The notes below the pieces were generated by a model. That model saw only the letters and a program-made list of their open reading frames with translations, searched no databases and was not told the origin of the DNA. A DNA stretch of 64,000 nt from positions 6,735 through 70,734 of the forward strand of contig JBBDNM010000063.1 of the NCBI GenBank assembly GCA_040877595.1. Reading direction: 5' to 3'. This document shows, piece after piece, positions 7,959-18,354 of the stretch. A program made the position numbers and the translations under genes. The DNA comes from Gemmatimonadales bacterium. Lineage in GTDB: Bacteria; Gemmatimonadota; Gemmatimonadetes; Gemmatimonadales; GWC2-71-9. Each line of letters begins with the position of its first letter. The first letter of the stretch is position 1.

Positions 7959-7968
7959 TTTTCCGGAG

Positions 7969-8052
7969 TGCCGAAGGGGGGACTCGAACCCCCACGGGCT
8001 TGCGCCCACTGGCTCCTGAAGCCAGCGCGTCTACCAGTTCCACCACTTCGGC
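7969..8052 (-). tRNA. tRNA-Leu (anticodon CAG)
   Basis: The reverse complement is GCCGAAGTGGTGGAACTGGTAGACGCGCTGGCTTCAGGAGCCAGTGGGCGCAAGCCCGTGGGGGTTCGAGTCCCCCCTTCGGCA. The acceptor stem is GCCGAAG/CTTCGGC and the anticodon stem is CTGGC/GCCAG with loop TTCAGGA. It has a long variable arm and a GGTTCGAGTCC T-arm. CCA is not encoded. Confidence 0.93.
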
Positions 8053-8137
8053 AATGGCGCGAATTGTAGGCCGGGCACCCCCACCACGCAACCCAGCCGA
8101 TTGACTGTAGGGAACTCCTTTCCTAGCTTGGGGTTAC

Positions 8138-8620
8138 GTGAAGAAGCCCCCCGCACCGTCCGGCGCCGATCAAGGCGCCGTCGTGGCCCGCAATCCCAAG
8201 GCGCGCCACGACTACCACATTCTGGACACGTGGGAGGCTGGGATCGCGCTCACCGGCACCGAAATCAAGTCGGTGCGCGAAGGCAAGGTGAGTCTCAAGG
8301 AGGCGTTCGGCGTCGTGCACCGCAATGAGGTCTGGCTCGACGGCATGACCATTTCGCCCTACGGCTCGGCGGGCTACGCTGTGCATCAGCCCGTGCGGCG
8401 TCGCAAGCTCCTGCTGCATCGCCAGGAGATTCGCCGCTTGATCGGTGCGGTGGCCGAGCAGGGCCTGACCCTCGTGCCGCTCGACCTGCACTTCAGCGGC
8501 GGTCGGGCCAAGATCCAGATCGCCCTGGCGCGCGGCAAGAAGCAACACGACAAGCGCGAGACCTTGAAGCGCCGCGATGCCGAGCGGGAGGCGCGTCGCG
8601 CCGTGGGGCGTCGCCCGTGA
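8138..8620 (+). CDS. smpB: SsrA-binding protein
   Basis: Motifs include ARNPKARHDYHILDTWEAGIALTGTEIKS, RRRKLLLHRQEI and KIQIALARGKKQHDKRE. The start is GTG. Confidence 0.95.
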   Translation: MKKPPAPSGADQGAVVARNPKARHDYHILDTWEAGIALTGTEIKSVREGKVSLKEAFGVVHRNEVWLDGMTISPYGSAGYAVHQPVRRRKLLLHRQEIRRLIGAVAEQGLTLVPLDLHFSGGRAKIQIALARGKKQHDKRETLKRRDAEREARRAVGRRP

Positions 8621-9849
8621 CGCCGGTCCTCCTCATCGTGGCCGCGTTGGCGGCCGAGGGTCCCCGGACGCCACAAGCGGTCATCGTCGCCACCGCGCGA
8701 GGTGAGCGGACGATCAGCGTGGCGATGCACCGCGGGTATCCCGCCCTCCCGACCGCGCCGCTCGCTCAATGGTTGCCGTTGACCGCGACGCTCCGGGCGG
8801 GGTGGGCGGAAGTAACCTTCGGCGGACGACCGTTCCGCTTCCTGCTGGATGCGCCCGTGGCCATCGAGGCGGGCGCCGTGGTGCCGCTGGCCGGTGGCGC
8901 GTACCAGGTGTCCGACACGCTGTTCGTGCCGCTCCAGTTTCTCGCCGAGATGATTCCGGCACGTTTCAGTGAGGGGTACCGCTGGGACCCGCTGGCGGCG
9001 CGGTTTGAAGAGCGGGGGCTGACGCCGGTGGTGCGGGTGCCGGTCGCGCAGCCCGCACCGCCCGCCCGCACGTCCGCGCCACCGGTGGCCCAACCGGCGC
9101 GCCGCGCGCCCAATCGGTGGGGCCTGCGGCAAGACCATCATGTGATGCTCGATCCGGGACACGGCGGCACCGATGGCGGTAATCCCGGCCGGTTCTTCCC
9201 GGTGGGCGTGACGGAGAAGCACGTCACCCTGGCGATCGCCCGACGCGCCGCAGGTATCCTGCGCGAGCGGGGACTACGCGTGTCGCTCACGCGCACCACT
9301 GACACCCTCATCGGGCTGTTCGACAGGGCTCCGATGTGTCGAGCGGACTGCTCGTTGTTCGTGAGTATTCACGTCGATGCGTTGGCACCTCGCCGCGGCT
9401 ACGAGGCGGCGAACGGACCGCACACGTACTTCCTCGGTGAAGCGCTCACGGCGGACGCGGCGCGAGTTGCAGCGCTGGAAAACGAGGCCCTGCGGTACGA
9501 GACGGGCACGATCATTCCTGACGACGACCCGCTGTGGTTCATTATCCGCGATCTCCAGACCAACGAGTTCCTGCGCGAGTCGGCCCTCTTGGCAAATCTC
9601 GTTCAGTCGAAAGCGGCCGCGGTGCATCCCGGGCGCAACCGGGGGGTGCAGCAAGCGCGCCTCGCGGTCCTCCGCACGGCCACGCGTCCCGCGATCCTCG
9701 TCGAAACCGGGTTTGCGACCAACCGGGCCGATGCGCGCTACCTGGCATCGACGGAAGGCCAGCAACAGCTCGCGCTCGCGATCGCGGATGGGGTCATCGA
9801 GTACTTGCGCCGCTACGAAGACAAGACGGACGTCGGGATCGCCCGGTGA
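8617..9849 (+). CDS. N-acetylmuramoyl-L-alanine amidase (Amidase_3 / AmiC-like) with an N-terminal targeting domain
   Basis: The catalytic region reads VMLDPGHGGTDGGN...KHVTLAIARR...FVSIHVDA...PAILVETGFATN. It has a signal-like N-terminus. The GTGA overlaps smpB. Confidence 0.88.
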   Translation: MTPVLLIVAALAAEGPRTPQAVIVATARGERTISVAMHRGYPALPTAPLAQWLPLTATLRAGWAEVTFGGRPFRFLLDAPVAIEAGAVVPLAGGAYQVSDTLFVPLQFLAEMIPARFSEGYRWDPLAARFEERGLTPVVRVPVAQPAPPARTSAPPVAQPARRAPNRWGLRQDHHVMLDPGHGGTDGGNPGRFFPVGVTEKHVTLAIARRAAGILRERGLRVSLTRTTDTLIGLFDRAPMCRADCSLFVSIHVDALAPRRGYEAANGPHTYFLGEALTADAARVAALENEALRYETGTIIPDDDPLWFIIRDLQTNEFLRESALLANLVQSKAAAVHPGRNRGVQQARLAVLRTATRPAILVETGFATNRADARYLASTEGQQQLALAIADGVIEYLRRYEDKTDVGIAR

Positions 9850-11150
9850 AACGCCTCCTCACCTTGGGCCTCGTGCTGTCGCTCGGGGCCTGTGCGTATT
9901 ACAACGGGCTCTATAACGCGAACCGGCTGGCCGATGAGGCCCGCAAGGCGGAGCGTGAGGGTCGGATCGGTGAAGCGCGGTCGCTGTGGTCTCGCGCCGC
10001 GGTGAAGGCCGAGTCGGTCGCCATACGGTATCCCTCCAGTCGCTGGCGCGATGACGCGTGGTTGTTGTGGGGAGAATCGTTGCGGCGCATGGATGCGTGT
10101 CAACGCGCGACCGAGCCGCTCCAGCTTGCTATCGACTCAAGCCTCGACCTGGGTGTGGTCGACGCGGCACGACTGGTGGCCGGCGAGTGCCGCCTCTTCA
10201 TGCGGGAACCCGGTGCGGCGCTGGTGCTGTTGGGGCCGGTGGCCGACAGCGACCGACCGCGCGCCGCGGAAGCGCGGGCACTGCGCGCCCGCACCTACCT
10301 GGCCGCAGGGCAGTGGGAGGGCGCGTTGGCGGACGCCCGGTCGGCCGGTCCGGCCGGCGCGATGACGGCCGCCACGGCGCTCGCTCGGATGGGTCGGGGT
10401 GGCGAGGCGGCCACCGCGATGGACGACCGACTGCGCGCCCCCCTGGTGGAGGCAGAGTGGCGGGAAGCGCTGGCGGCGTTGTCGCCCGTCGCCCCGGCGG
10501 ACGCCGCGCGACTCGCCTTGGACGTGGGCGCGCGAGGGGATGTCTCACCCGGTGTCCGCGCCCGATTGCTGTTGGCGGAAGGGGAGCGAGCCTTGGGGGC
10601 GGGTCAGGAGGCGTGGGACCTGTTCACGGCGGTGCGGACGGTCGCACCGGATTCGGTGGAAGGTCGGGCGGCCGAGGCATTCCTCGTGATGCTGCGTCTG
10701 AACCGACCGGAGGCTGCTGACTCCATCGCGGTCATGCTCGCGGCGGTCCGACGCGTGACCGCTCCGGGGGGCCGCGCCGTGCAGATCGTGGGGCGCGGGC
10801 TTACGGTGCTGCCCAATATTCTGACCGCCGTCGAGAACCGGCAGGAGCCGGCCGGCCTCTTCCTGGCTGCCGAATTGGCGCGTGACTCCCTGCGGACCCG
10901 AGGGCTGGCCGGCGGACTCTTTCTCGAAGTCGCTCGGCGGGCGGACGACGAGGCGCTGGCACCCAAGGCCATCGTGGCGGCCATGGAGGCGCTGCCGGCC
11001 GCGCGCGATTCGTTGCGCTCGGTGTTGGCCACCCGCTATCCCGCATCGGTGTACTACCGCGCCCTCCTGGGCGACATGGGCGAGCGGTACCGCATCGTCG
11101 AAGACTCGCTCCATGCGGTGTTCGTTGCGCTGCGAGCGCAAACGCCGTGA
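9846..11150 (+). CDS. putative lipoprotein, Ala-rich helical/TPR-like, function unknown
   Basis: GTG 9846 overlaps the amidase stop. The N-terminus VKRLLTLGLVLSLGACAYYNG looks like a lipobox signal. The ORF-track start at 9534 is a shadow extension inside the amidase gene. Confidence 0.6.
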   Translation: MKRLLTLGLVLSLGACAYYNGLYNANRLADEARKAEREGRIGEARSLWSRAAVKAESVAIRYPSSRWRDDAWLLWGESLRRMDACQRATEPLQLAIDSSLDLGVVDAARLVAGECRLFMREPGAALVLLGPVADSDRPRAAEARALRARTYLAAGQWEGALADARSAGPAGAMTAATALARMGRGGEAATAMDDRLRAPLVEAEWREALAALSPVAPADAARLALDVGARGDVSPGVRARLLLAEGERALGAGQEAWDLFTAVRTVAPDSVEGRAAEAFLVMLRLNRPEAADSIAVMLAAVRRVTAPGGRAVQIVGRGLTVLPNILTAVENRQEPAGLFLAAELARDSLRTRGLAGGLFLEVARRADDEALAPKAIVAAMEALPAARDSLRSVLATRYPASVYYRALLGDMGERYRIVEDSLHAVFVALRAQTP

Positions 11151-11980
11151 TCGTCGCCTTCGGCACCCACTTTCAGAATCCCATCATGCTGGCCGCCGGC
11201 ACCGCCGGGTTCGGCCGCGAACTGGACAGCACCGTCGCACTCGACCGGCTGGGCGGGATCATCACCAAGTCCGTCAGTCCTGAGCCACGACACGGGCATC
11301 CGGCACCGCGCGTCGCGGAATTCGCGGGTGGCATGGTCAACGCGATTGGCCTGGCGAATCCCGGCGTGACCGTGGTGGCCGAGCAGGAGCTGCCGTGGCT
11401 GGCATCCCATCTGCACCATGCGCGGGTCGTGGTTTCCGTCGTGGGGGACACCGTCGAGGGGTATGGTGAGGTGGTCGGCAGGCTGGCAGGGTTCGATGTG
11501 GTGACGGCGTTCGAACTCAACCTGTCCTGCCCGAACACGGCCCGTGGCGGTGAGCACTTCGGGGCGAACGACGAGGTGCTGCGCGAAGTCGTGCGACGCT
11601 GTGCCCGCGAGACGACCCGTCCGCTCATCGCCAAGCTGGCGCCGACGCTCGCCGACGTGGGCCGCACGGCGACCGTCGCCGTGGAGGCCGGGGCGGCCGG
11701 CATCGCGGTTGTGAACACGGTCCCCGGTGCTGGAGGTGTGGCGGTGGGGCAGGGGGGGGTCTCCGGGCCGCCGCTCCTGCCGATCGGTCTGCTCGCGGTC
11801 CGTCGTGTGCGCGCGGCGGTTCCGGTGCCGATTATCGGCGTGGGCGGTGTCCGTTCCCTTGAGGATGTGGAGGCCTACCGGGAAGAAGGTGCCACACTGG
11901 TGGCCATCGGGACGGCGGCGCTGGCCGATCCGCGCGTGCCGGAACGACTGGCCGCACGGTGGGAGCGACGACATGGCTGA
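11147..11980 (+). CDS. pyrD: dihydroorotate dehydrogenase (class 1 catalytic subunit)
   Basis: Motifs include NPIMLAAGTAGFG, GGIITKSVSPEPRHGHP, NAIGLANPG and ELNLSCPN. Confidence 0.9.
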   Translation: MIVAFGTHFQNPIMLAAGTAGFGRELDSTVALDRLGGIITKSVSPEPRHGHPAPRVAEFAGGMVNAIGLANPGVTVVAEQELPWLASHLHHARVVVSVVGDTVEGYGEVVGRLAGFDVVTAFELNLSCPNTARGGEHFGANDEVLREVVRRCARETTRPLIAKLAPTLADVGRTATVAVEAGAAGIAVVNTVPGAGGVAVGQGGVSGPPLLPIGLLAVRRVRAAVPVPIIGVGGVRSLEDVEAYREEGATLVAIGTAALADPRVPERLAARWERRHG

Positions 11981-12650
11981 GGTGATCGTCGCGTTGGACC
12001 ATCCGAGCCGGGCGGAGGCGCTGCGCCTGGTGGATCGTGTGCCCGGCCTGCGCTGGGTCAAAGTCGGCAGCACCCTGTTTGTGGCTGAGGGCCCGGCGCT
12101 CGTGCAGGAACTCAAGTCGCGCGGGCTTCGCGTCTTCCTCGATCTCAAGTGGCACGACATTCCGCATCAGGTCGAAGGAAGTGTCCGGGCCGCTGCCGCC
12201 TGGGGCGTGGATCTGGTCTCGGTCCATGCGCTCGGTGGGGGGCGCATGATGACGGCGGCCCGCCAGGCTGGTGGGGATGCCATGCGCGTGGCGGCCGTCT
12301 CGGTGTTGACGTCGCACGATGCGGGTGAATGGTCGGAGATCGTTGGCCGTCCCTCCAGTACTGAGGCCGCAGTGGCCCGTCTGGCGCGGGCCGCCGCCGG
12401 CGCGGGACTCACGGCCATGGTGGCTTCGCCCAGCGAGGCGGAACAGGTGCGCGCGGTCCTAGGTCCAGCCGCGTGGGTGGTGACCCCCGGCATTCGCCCG
12501 GCCGGGGCGTCGGCCGACGACCAGCGCCGAACGGCCACGCCCAGCGAGGCGGTCGGGTCGGGTGCCACCCACCTCGTGGTGGGGCGGCCCATCACGGGAG
12601 CGACAGACCCCGCCGCCGTGTATGATGCCGTATGTCGCGACGCGGGCTGA
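11973..12650 (+). CDS. pyrF: orotidine-5'-phosphate decarboxylase
   Basis: MAEVIVALDHPSRAEALRLV...VKVGSTLF...VFLDLKWHDIPHQV (DxKxxD motif). ATG 11973 lies within the longer track ORF 11727..12650. Confidence 0.9.
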   Translation: MAEVIVALDHPSRAEALRLVDRVPGLRWVKVGSTLFVAEGPALVQELKSRGLRVFLDLKWHDIPHQVEGSVRAAAAWGVDLVSVHALGGGRMMTAARQAGGDAMRVAAVSVLTSHDAGEWSEIVGRPSSTEAAVARLARAAAGAGLTAMVASPSEAEQVRAVLGPAAWVVTPGIRPAGASADDQRRTATPSEAVGSGATHLVVGRPITGATDPAAVYDAVCRDAG

Positions 12651-13051
12651 TACTTGTGGTGCTCGGCGCCTTCGGGGGCCCGACGGCCGTCGCGCAGGTG
12701 GACCTCGCTGTCGCCGTCGAAGCGGCACGCTCGGCTTGGATCCGTCATGACGCGAGAGCCCTGTTCGCCACCAGCGACACGGTACGGTTACGCCTTCCGG
12801 AAGTCCCTGCCACACAAGGACTTCAGCCGGCGCACGCCGTCCGACTGCTGGTCGCGTTCTGGGCCGGGGCGTCAGAAATCCAGCTCGACGTCCGCGACGT
12901 GCGCCAGGTGGCGGACGGGCATGCCTACGCGGAACTCGAACGAGGGTTTGGGGTGCGTGGAACTGGCGACCGGCAGGTCCAATCGCTGTATTTCGGGTTT
13001 CGGTTGGAGGGCGACGTGTGGCGCCTGCGCGAAGTGCGAATCACCCCCTAA
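12632..13051 (+). CDS. hypothetical secreted protein (139 aa)
   Basis: It has the signal-like N-terminus MSRRGLILVVLGAFGGPTAVAQ and GC3-rich codons. I recognise no family. Confidence 0.5.
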   Translation: MSRRGLILVVLGAFGGPTAVAQVDLAVAVEAARSAWIRHDARALFATSDTVRLRLPEVPATQGLQPAHAVRLLVAFWAGASEIQLDVRDVRQVADGHAYAELERGFGVRGTGDRQVQSLYFGFRLEGDVWRLREVRITP

Positions 13052-13158
13052 ATTGGGGTGTGGTCCTCACTTGCGGTCGGTTTAGGCCCCATCTATATTC
13101 ACCGTTCTGGCCGCGAAAATCGCGCGTACAACTGGCGTAATTCCGAAGGAGCACGTTT

Positions 13159-13275
13159 GTGAAAGTCCGTTCGAGTGTGAAGCCGATCTGCGAGCACTGT
13201 AAAGTGGTGCGCCGCCGTGGTGTAACGCTCGTCATCTGCAAGCGTTCTCCCAAGCACAAGCAGCGGCAGGGCTGA
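13159..13275 (+). CDS. rpmJ: 50S ribosomal protein L36
   Basis: The ORF runs from GTG 13159 to TGA 13273-13275 and encodes [38 protein letters not shown] (38 aa). GGAG lies upstream. It is not in the ORF track because of its length. Confidence 0.9.
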   Translation: MKVRSSVKPICEHCKVVRRRGVTLVICKRSPKHKQRQG

Positions 13276-13277
13276 TC

Positions 13278-13658
13278 ATGGCACGTATCGCAGGCGTAGA
13301 CCTCCCGCGCGAGAAGCGCGTGGTGGTCGCACTCACCTACATCTACGGTGTTGGTCCCGCCACCTCGCGGCGGATTCTCGAAGAGACCGCCGTCAGCGCG
13401 GCGACACGAGTCCGGGATCTCTCGGACGCCGAAGTCGCGCGACTGCGTCAGTCGATCGAGCGGGGCGCGCGCGTCGAAGGCGCCTTGCGCACCGAAGTCG
13501 CCATGAACATCAAGCGTCTGATGGACATCGGGAGCTATCGCGGCCAGCGGCATCGGCGCGGACTGCCGGTGCGCGGACAGCGTACGCACACCAATGCTCG
13601 CACCAAGAAGGGCCCGCGGCGGGCCATTGCGGGCAAGAAAAAGGTCACGAAGAAGTAA
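13278..13658 (+). CDS. rpsM: 30S ribosomal protein S13
   Basis: [26 protein letters not shown]...[28 protein letters not shown]. Confidence 0.97.
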   Translation: MARIAGVDLPREKRVVVALTYIYGVGPATSRRILEETAVSAATRVRDLSDAEVARLRQSIERGARVEGALRTEVAMNIKRLMDIGSYRGQRHRRGLPVRGQRTHTNARTKKGPRRAIAGKKKVTKK

Positions 13659-13661
13659 TCC

Positions 13662-14063
13662 ATGAGTCAGCCAACCAGTCCTACACCTGCCGCACCCAAG
13701 CGCGCCAAGAAGGTGGTCGAGTCGGAGGGCATGGCCCATATCACGGCCACGTTCAACAACACGCTCATCACCATTACCGACTCCAAGGGCAATGCCCTGA
13801 CGTGGGGGTCGGCGGGCAAGTCGGGGTTCAAGGGTTCCAAGAAGTCCACGTCGTTCGCCGCCACGGTCGCCGCGGAAAACTGCGCGCGCGAGGCGCTCAA
13901 TCTCGGCGTCCGGCGCGTGCATGTGCGGGTGCAGGGGCCCGGGTCGGGTCGCGAGTCGGCCGTGCAAGCCCTGGCGACGGCTGGGCTCCACATCATGTCC
14001 ATCCGGGACGTGACGCCCATTGCGCACAACGGGTGTCGTCCTCCGAAGAAGCGGCGGGTCTGA
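13662..14063 (+). CDS. rpsK: 30S ribosomal protein S11
   Basis: [41 protein letters not shown]...[13 protein letters not shown]-type sequence. Confidence 0.97.
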   Translation: MSQPTSPTPAAPKRAKKVVESEGMAHITATFNNTLITITDSKGNALTWGSAGKSGFKGSKKSTSFAATVAAENCAREALNLGVRRVHVRVQGPGSGRESAVQALATAGLHIMSIRDVTPIAHNGCRPPKKRRV

Positions 14064-14066
14064 CGC

Positions 14067-14702
<636 letters not shown>

Positions 14703-14704
14703 CT

Positions 14705-15766
14705 ATGGCTATTGACCTGACTGGACTGGTTCGCCCCTCCGTCGTCGAAATGACGAAGCGGGAGGACAACCCCAACGCCGCCGAGTTCCGCCTCCAGCCG
14801 CTGGAACGGGGCTACGGCTATACCCTCGGCAATTCGCTCCGGCGCATGCTGTTGTCGTCCTTGCGCGGCTCCGCCGTATGGGCGTTCCGACTGGACGGCG
14901 TGGTGCATGAGCACCAGACCATCCCCGGTGTGGTCGAGGATCTGCATCAGATCATTCAGCGGCTCAAGCAGCTGACCCTGGTGCTTTCCGAAGACGTGCA
15001 CGAGACCGCGATCAAGGTCAAGGTCACCAAGGCCGGGCCGGTGTACGCGCGCGACCTCGAGGTCAATTCGGCGGCGACGATCGTGAACCCCGATCACCTG
15101 CTGCTTACGCTCCAGGAAGATCGTGATCTGCACGGCGAGTTGCACGTCAACAAGGGCCGCGGGTATGTCGAGGCCTCGCAGCATCCATCCGACCGGTCCA
15201 TGCCGGTGGACCTGGTGCGCATTGACGCCATTTACAATCCGGTGCGCCGCGCCAACTTCACGGTGGCGGAGACGCGGGTAGGTCAGCGCACCGACTACGA
15301 TCGTCTGACGCTCGCGGTCGAAACCAACGGCACGATCCCGCCCGAAGATGCGGTCGCCTATGCGGCGGCGCTGCTCGACGAGCACGTCAAGAGCTTCATT
15401 GATTTCGGCAAGGTGCCGTCGGCGCCGGCGGAGGCTGGTCAGGTCAAGGGCGGCGACGACAAGTTGCGGCAGCGACTCGATTGCTCCATTGACGATTGCG
15501 GTCTCTCCGTGCGTTCGGTGAACTCGCTCAAGAACTCCAGCATCAACACGCTGGGTGACTTGGTGCGCCTGGCCGAAGACGACCTCCTCAAGGTCAAGAA
15601 CGTGGGCGAGAAGGCCCTGTCGGAAATCGCGGACCTGCTGCAGCGCGAGCAGCTCAACTTCAGCATGAAGTTTGAGGAGCGCGCAGGCGAGTTGGTCGTA
15701 TCCGATGGTGGGACGCCGCCCCGCGTGACGGTGGGTTCCCCTGCGCCGGATGAGGTGGAGGGCTAA
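14705..15766 (+). CDS. rpoA: DNA-directed RNA polymerase subunit alpha
   Basis: ATG 14705. FRLQPLERGYGYTLGNSLRRMLLSSL. The C-terminal domain reads LSVRSVNSLKNSSINTLGDLV. The position after rpsD is conserved. Confidence 0.96.
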   Translation: MAIDLTGLVRPSVVEMTKREDNPNAAEFRLQPLERGYGYTLGNSLRRMLLSSLRGSAVWAFRLDGVVHEHQTIPGVVEDLHQIIQRLKQLTLVLSEDVHETAIKVKVTKAGPVYARDLEVNSAATIVNPDHLLLTLQEDRDLHGELHVNKGRGYVEASQHPSDRSMPVDLVRIDAIYNPVRRANFTVAETRVGQRTDYDRLTLAVETNGTIPPEDAVAYAAALLDEHVKSFIDFGKVPSAPAEAGQVKGGDDKLRQRLDCSIDDCGLSVRSVNSLKNSSINTLGDLVRLAEDDLLKVKNVGEKALSEIADLLQREQLNFSMKFEERAGELVVSDGGTPPRVTVGSPAPDEVEG

Positions 15767-16122
15767 TGCGGCATCGCGCCAAGGGTCGGCAGCTCAGCCG
15801 CACCTCCACGCACAAGCGGGCCATGCTGAACAACATGGCGGCCAGCCTGTTCTTGCATGAGCGGATCGAGACGACCGAGGCCAAGGCCAAGGAGTTGCGC
15901 CCGTTCGTGGAGCGGCTGATCACCTTTGCGCGGCGCGGCGATCTGCACGCGCGGCGCCAGGTCGAGCGGCGCATCAAGGATCGGGAAGCGACCGGACGCC
16001 TGTTCAAGGAATACGGGCCGCGGTTTGCGGGCCGGCCGGGCGGGTACACGCGGATCGTGAAGCTGGGACACCGCGTCGGCGATCGTGCCGAGACGGCTCG
16101 CATCGAGCTGTTGCCTGAGTGA
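15766..16122 (+). CDS. rplQ: 50S ribosomal protein L17
   Basis: MRHRAKGRQLSRTSTHKRAMLNNMAASLFLHERIETTEAKAKELRPFVERLIT. Confidence 0.97.
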   Translation: MRHRAKGRQLSRTSTHKRAMLNNMAASLFLHERIETTEAKAKELRPFVERLITFARRGDLHARRQVERRIKDREATGRLFKEYGPRFAGRPGGYTRIVKLGHRVGDRAETARIELLPE

Positions 16123-16148
16123 TGGGGCCACGCTGGCAGACAAGAGCA

Positions 16149-16174
16149 AGGGGACCCGAGGGTCCCCTTTTTTC
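16149..16174. terminator. rho-independent terminator hairpin shared by convergent rplQ and rpmB
   Basis: GGGGACCC-GA-GGGTCCCC is followed by TTTTTT on the + strand and preceded by an A-containing tract. It lies 27 nt after the rplQ stop and 27 nt after the rpmB stop. Confidence 0.8.
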
Positions 16175-16193
16175 TAGCGGTCGGCCAACGAGA

Positions 16194-16403
16194 TCAGGCC
16201 AGCGCCGGGCCGCGCGGGGCCTTGGTGACGCGGCCCGAGCGAATGCACTGGGTGCAGGCCCGGATACGCCGCGGCTGGCCATCCACCAACGTGCGGACCG
16301 TCTGCAGGTTGGGGTACCAACGCCGGTTGGTCTTGTTGTTCGCGTGGGACACATTGTGACCGGTGGTCGGTCCCTTGGCGCAAATAGCACAGGTGCGGGC
16401 CAT
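16194..16403 (-). CDS. rpmB: 50S ribosomal protein L28
   Basis: From the internal ATG (complement of 16401-16403): MARTCAICAKGPTTGHNVSHANNKTNRRWYPNLQTV... The track ORF start at 16481 is an extension. Confidence 0.92.
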   Translation of the reverse strand: MARTCAICAKGPTTGHNVSHANNKTNRRWYPNLQTVRTLVDGQPRRIRACTQCIRSGRVTKAPRGPALA

Positions 16404-16420
16404 GATCAGGCTCCAGATGA

Positions 16421-18337
<1,917 letters not shown>

Positions 18338-18354
<17 letters not shown>

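Noticed and set aside
7464-8069. ORFs translating the heptamer repeats (+ strand MSNVECRMSNVECR...; minus strand 7532..7933 HSTFDIRHSTFDIR...), and likewise 54539..54748
   Set aside because: Their periodic peptide sequence is just the 7-nt repeat read in rotating frames. The + strand ORF also runs through the tRNA-Leu gene. They are out of frame with, or outside, the real flanking genes.
9534-9845. Long N-terminal extensions offered by the ORF track (9534 for the lipoprotein, 6497 for moeB-like, 18131 for carB, 57710 for hutI, 31046 for bamD, 41546 for rimI, 14588 for rpoA)
   Set aside because: Each extension overlaps the well-supported upstream gene in another frame and lacks family similarity. 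Conserved N-termini, signal peptides or ATGA/GTGA coupling sites mark the internal starts used in the feature list.
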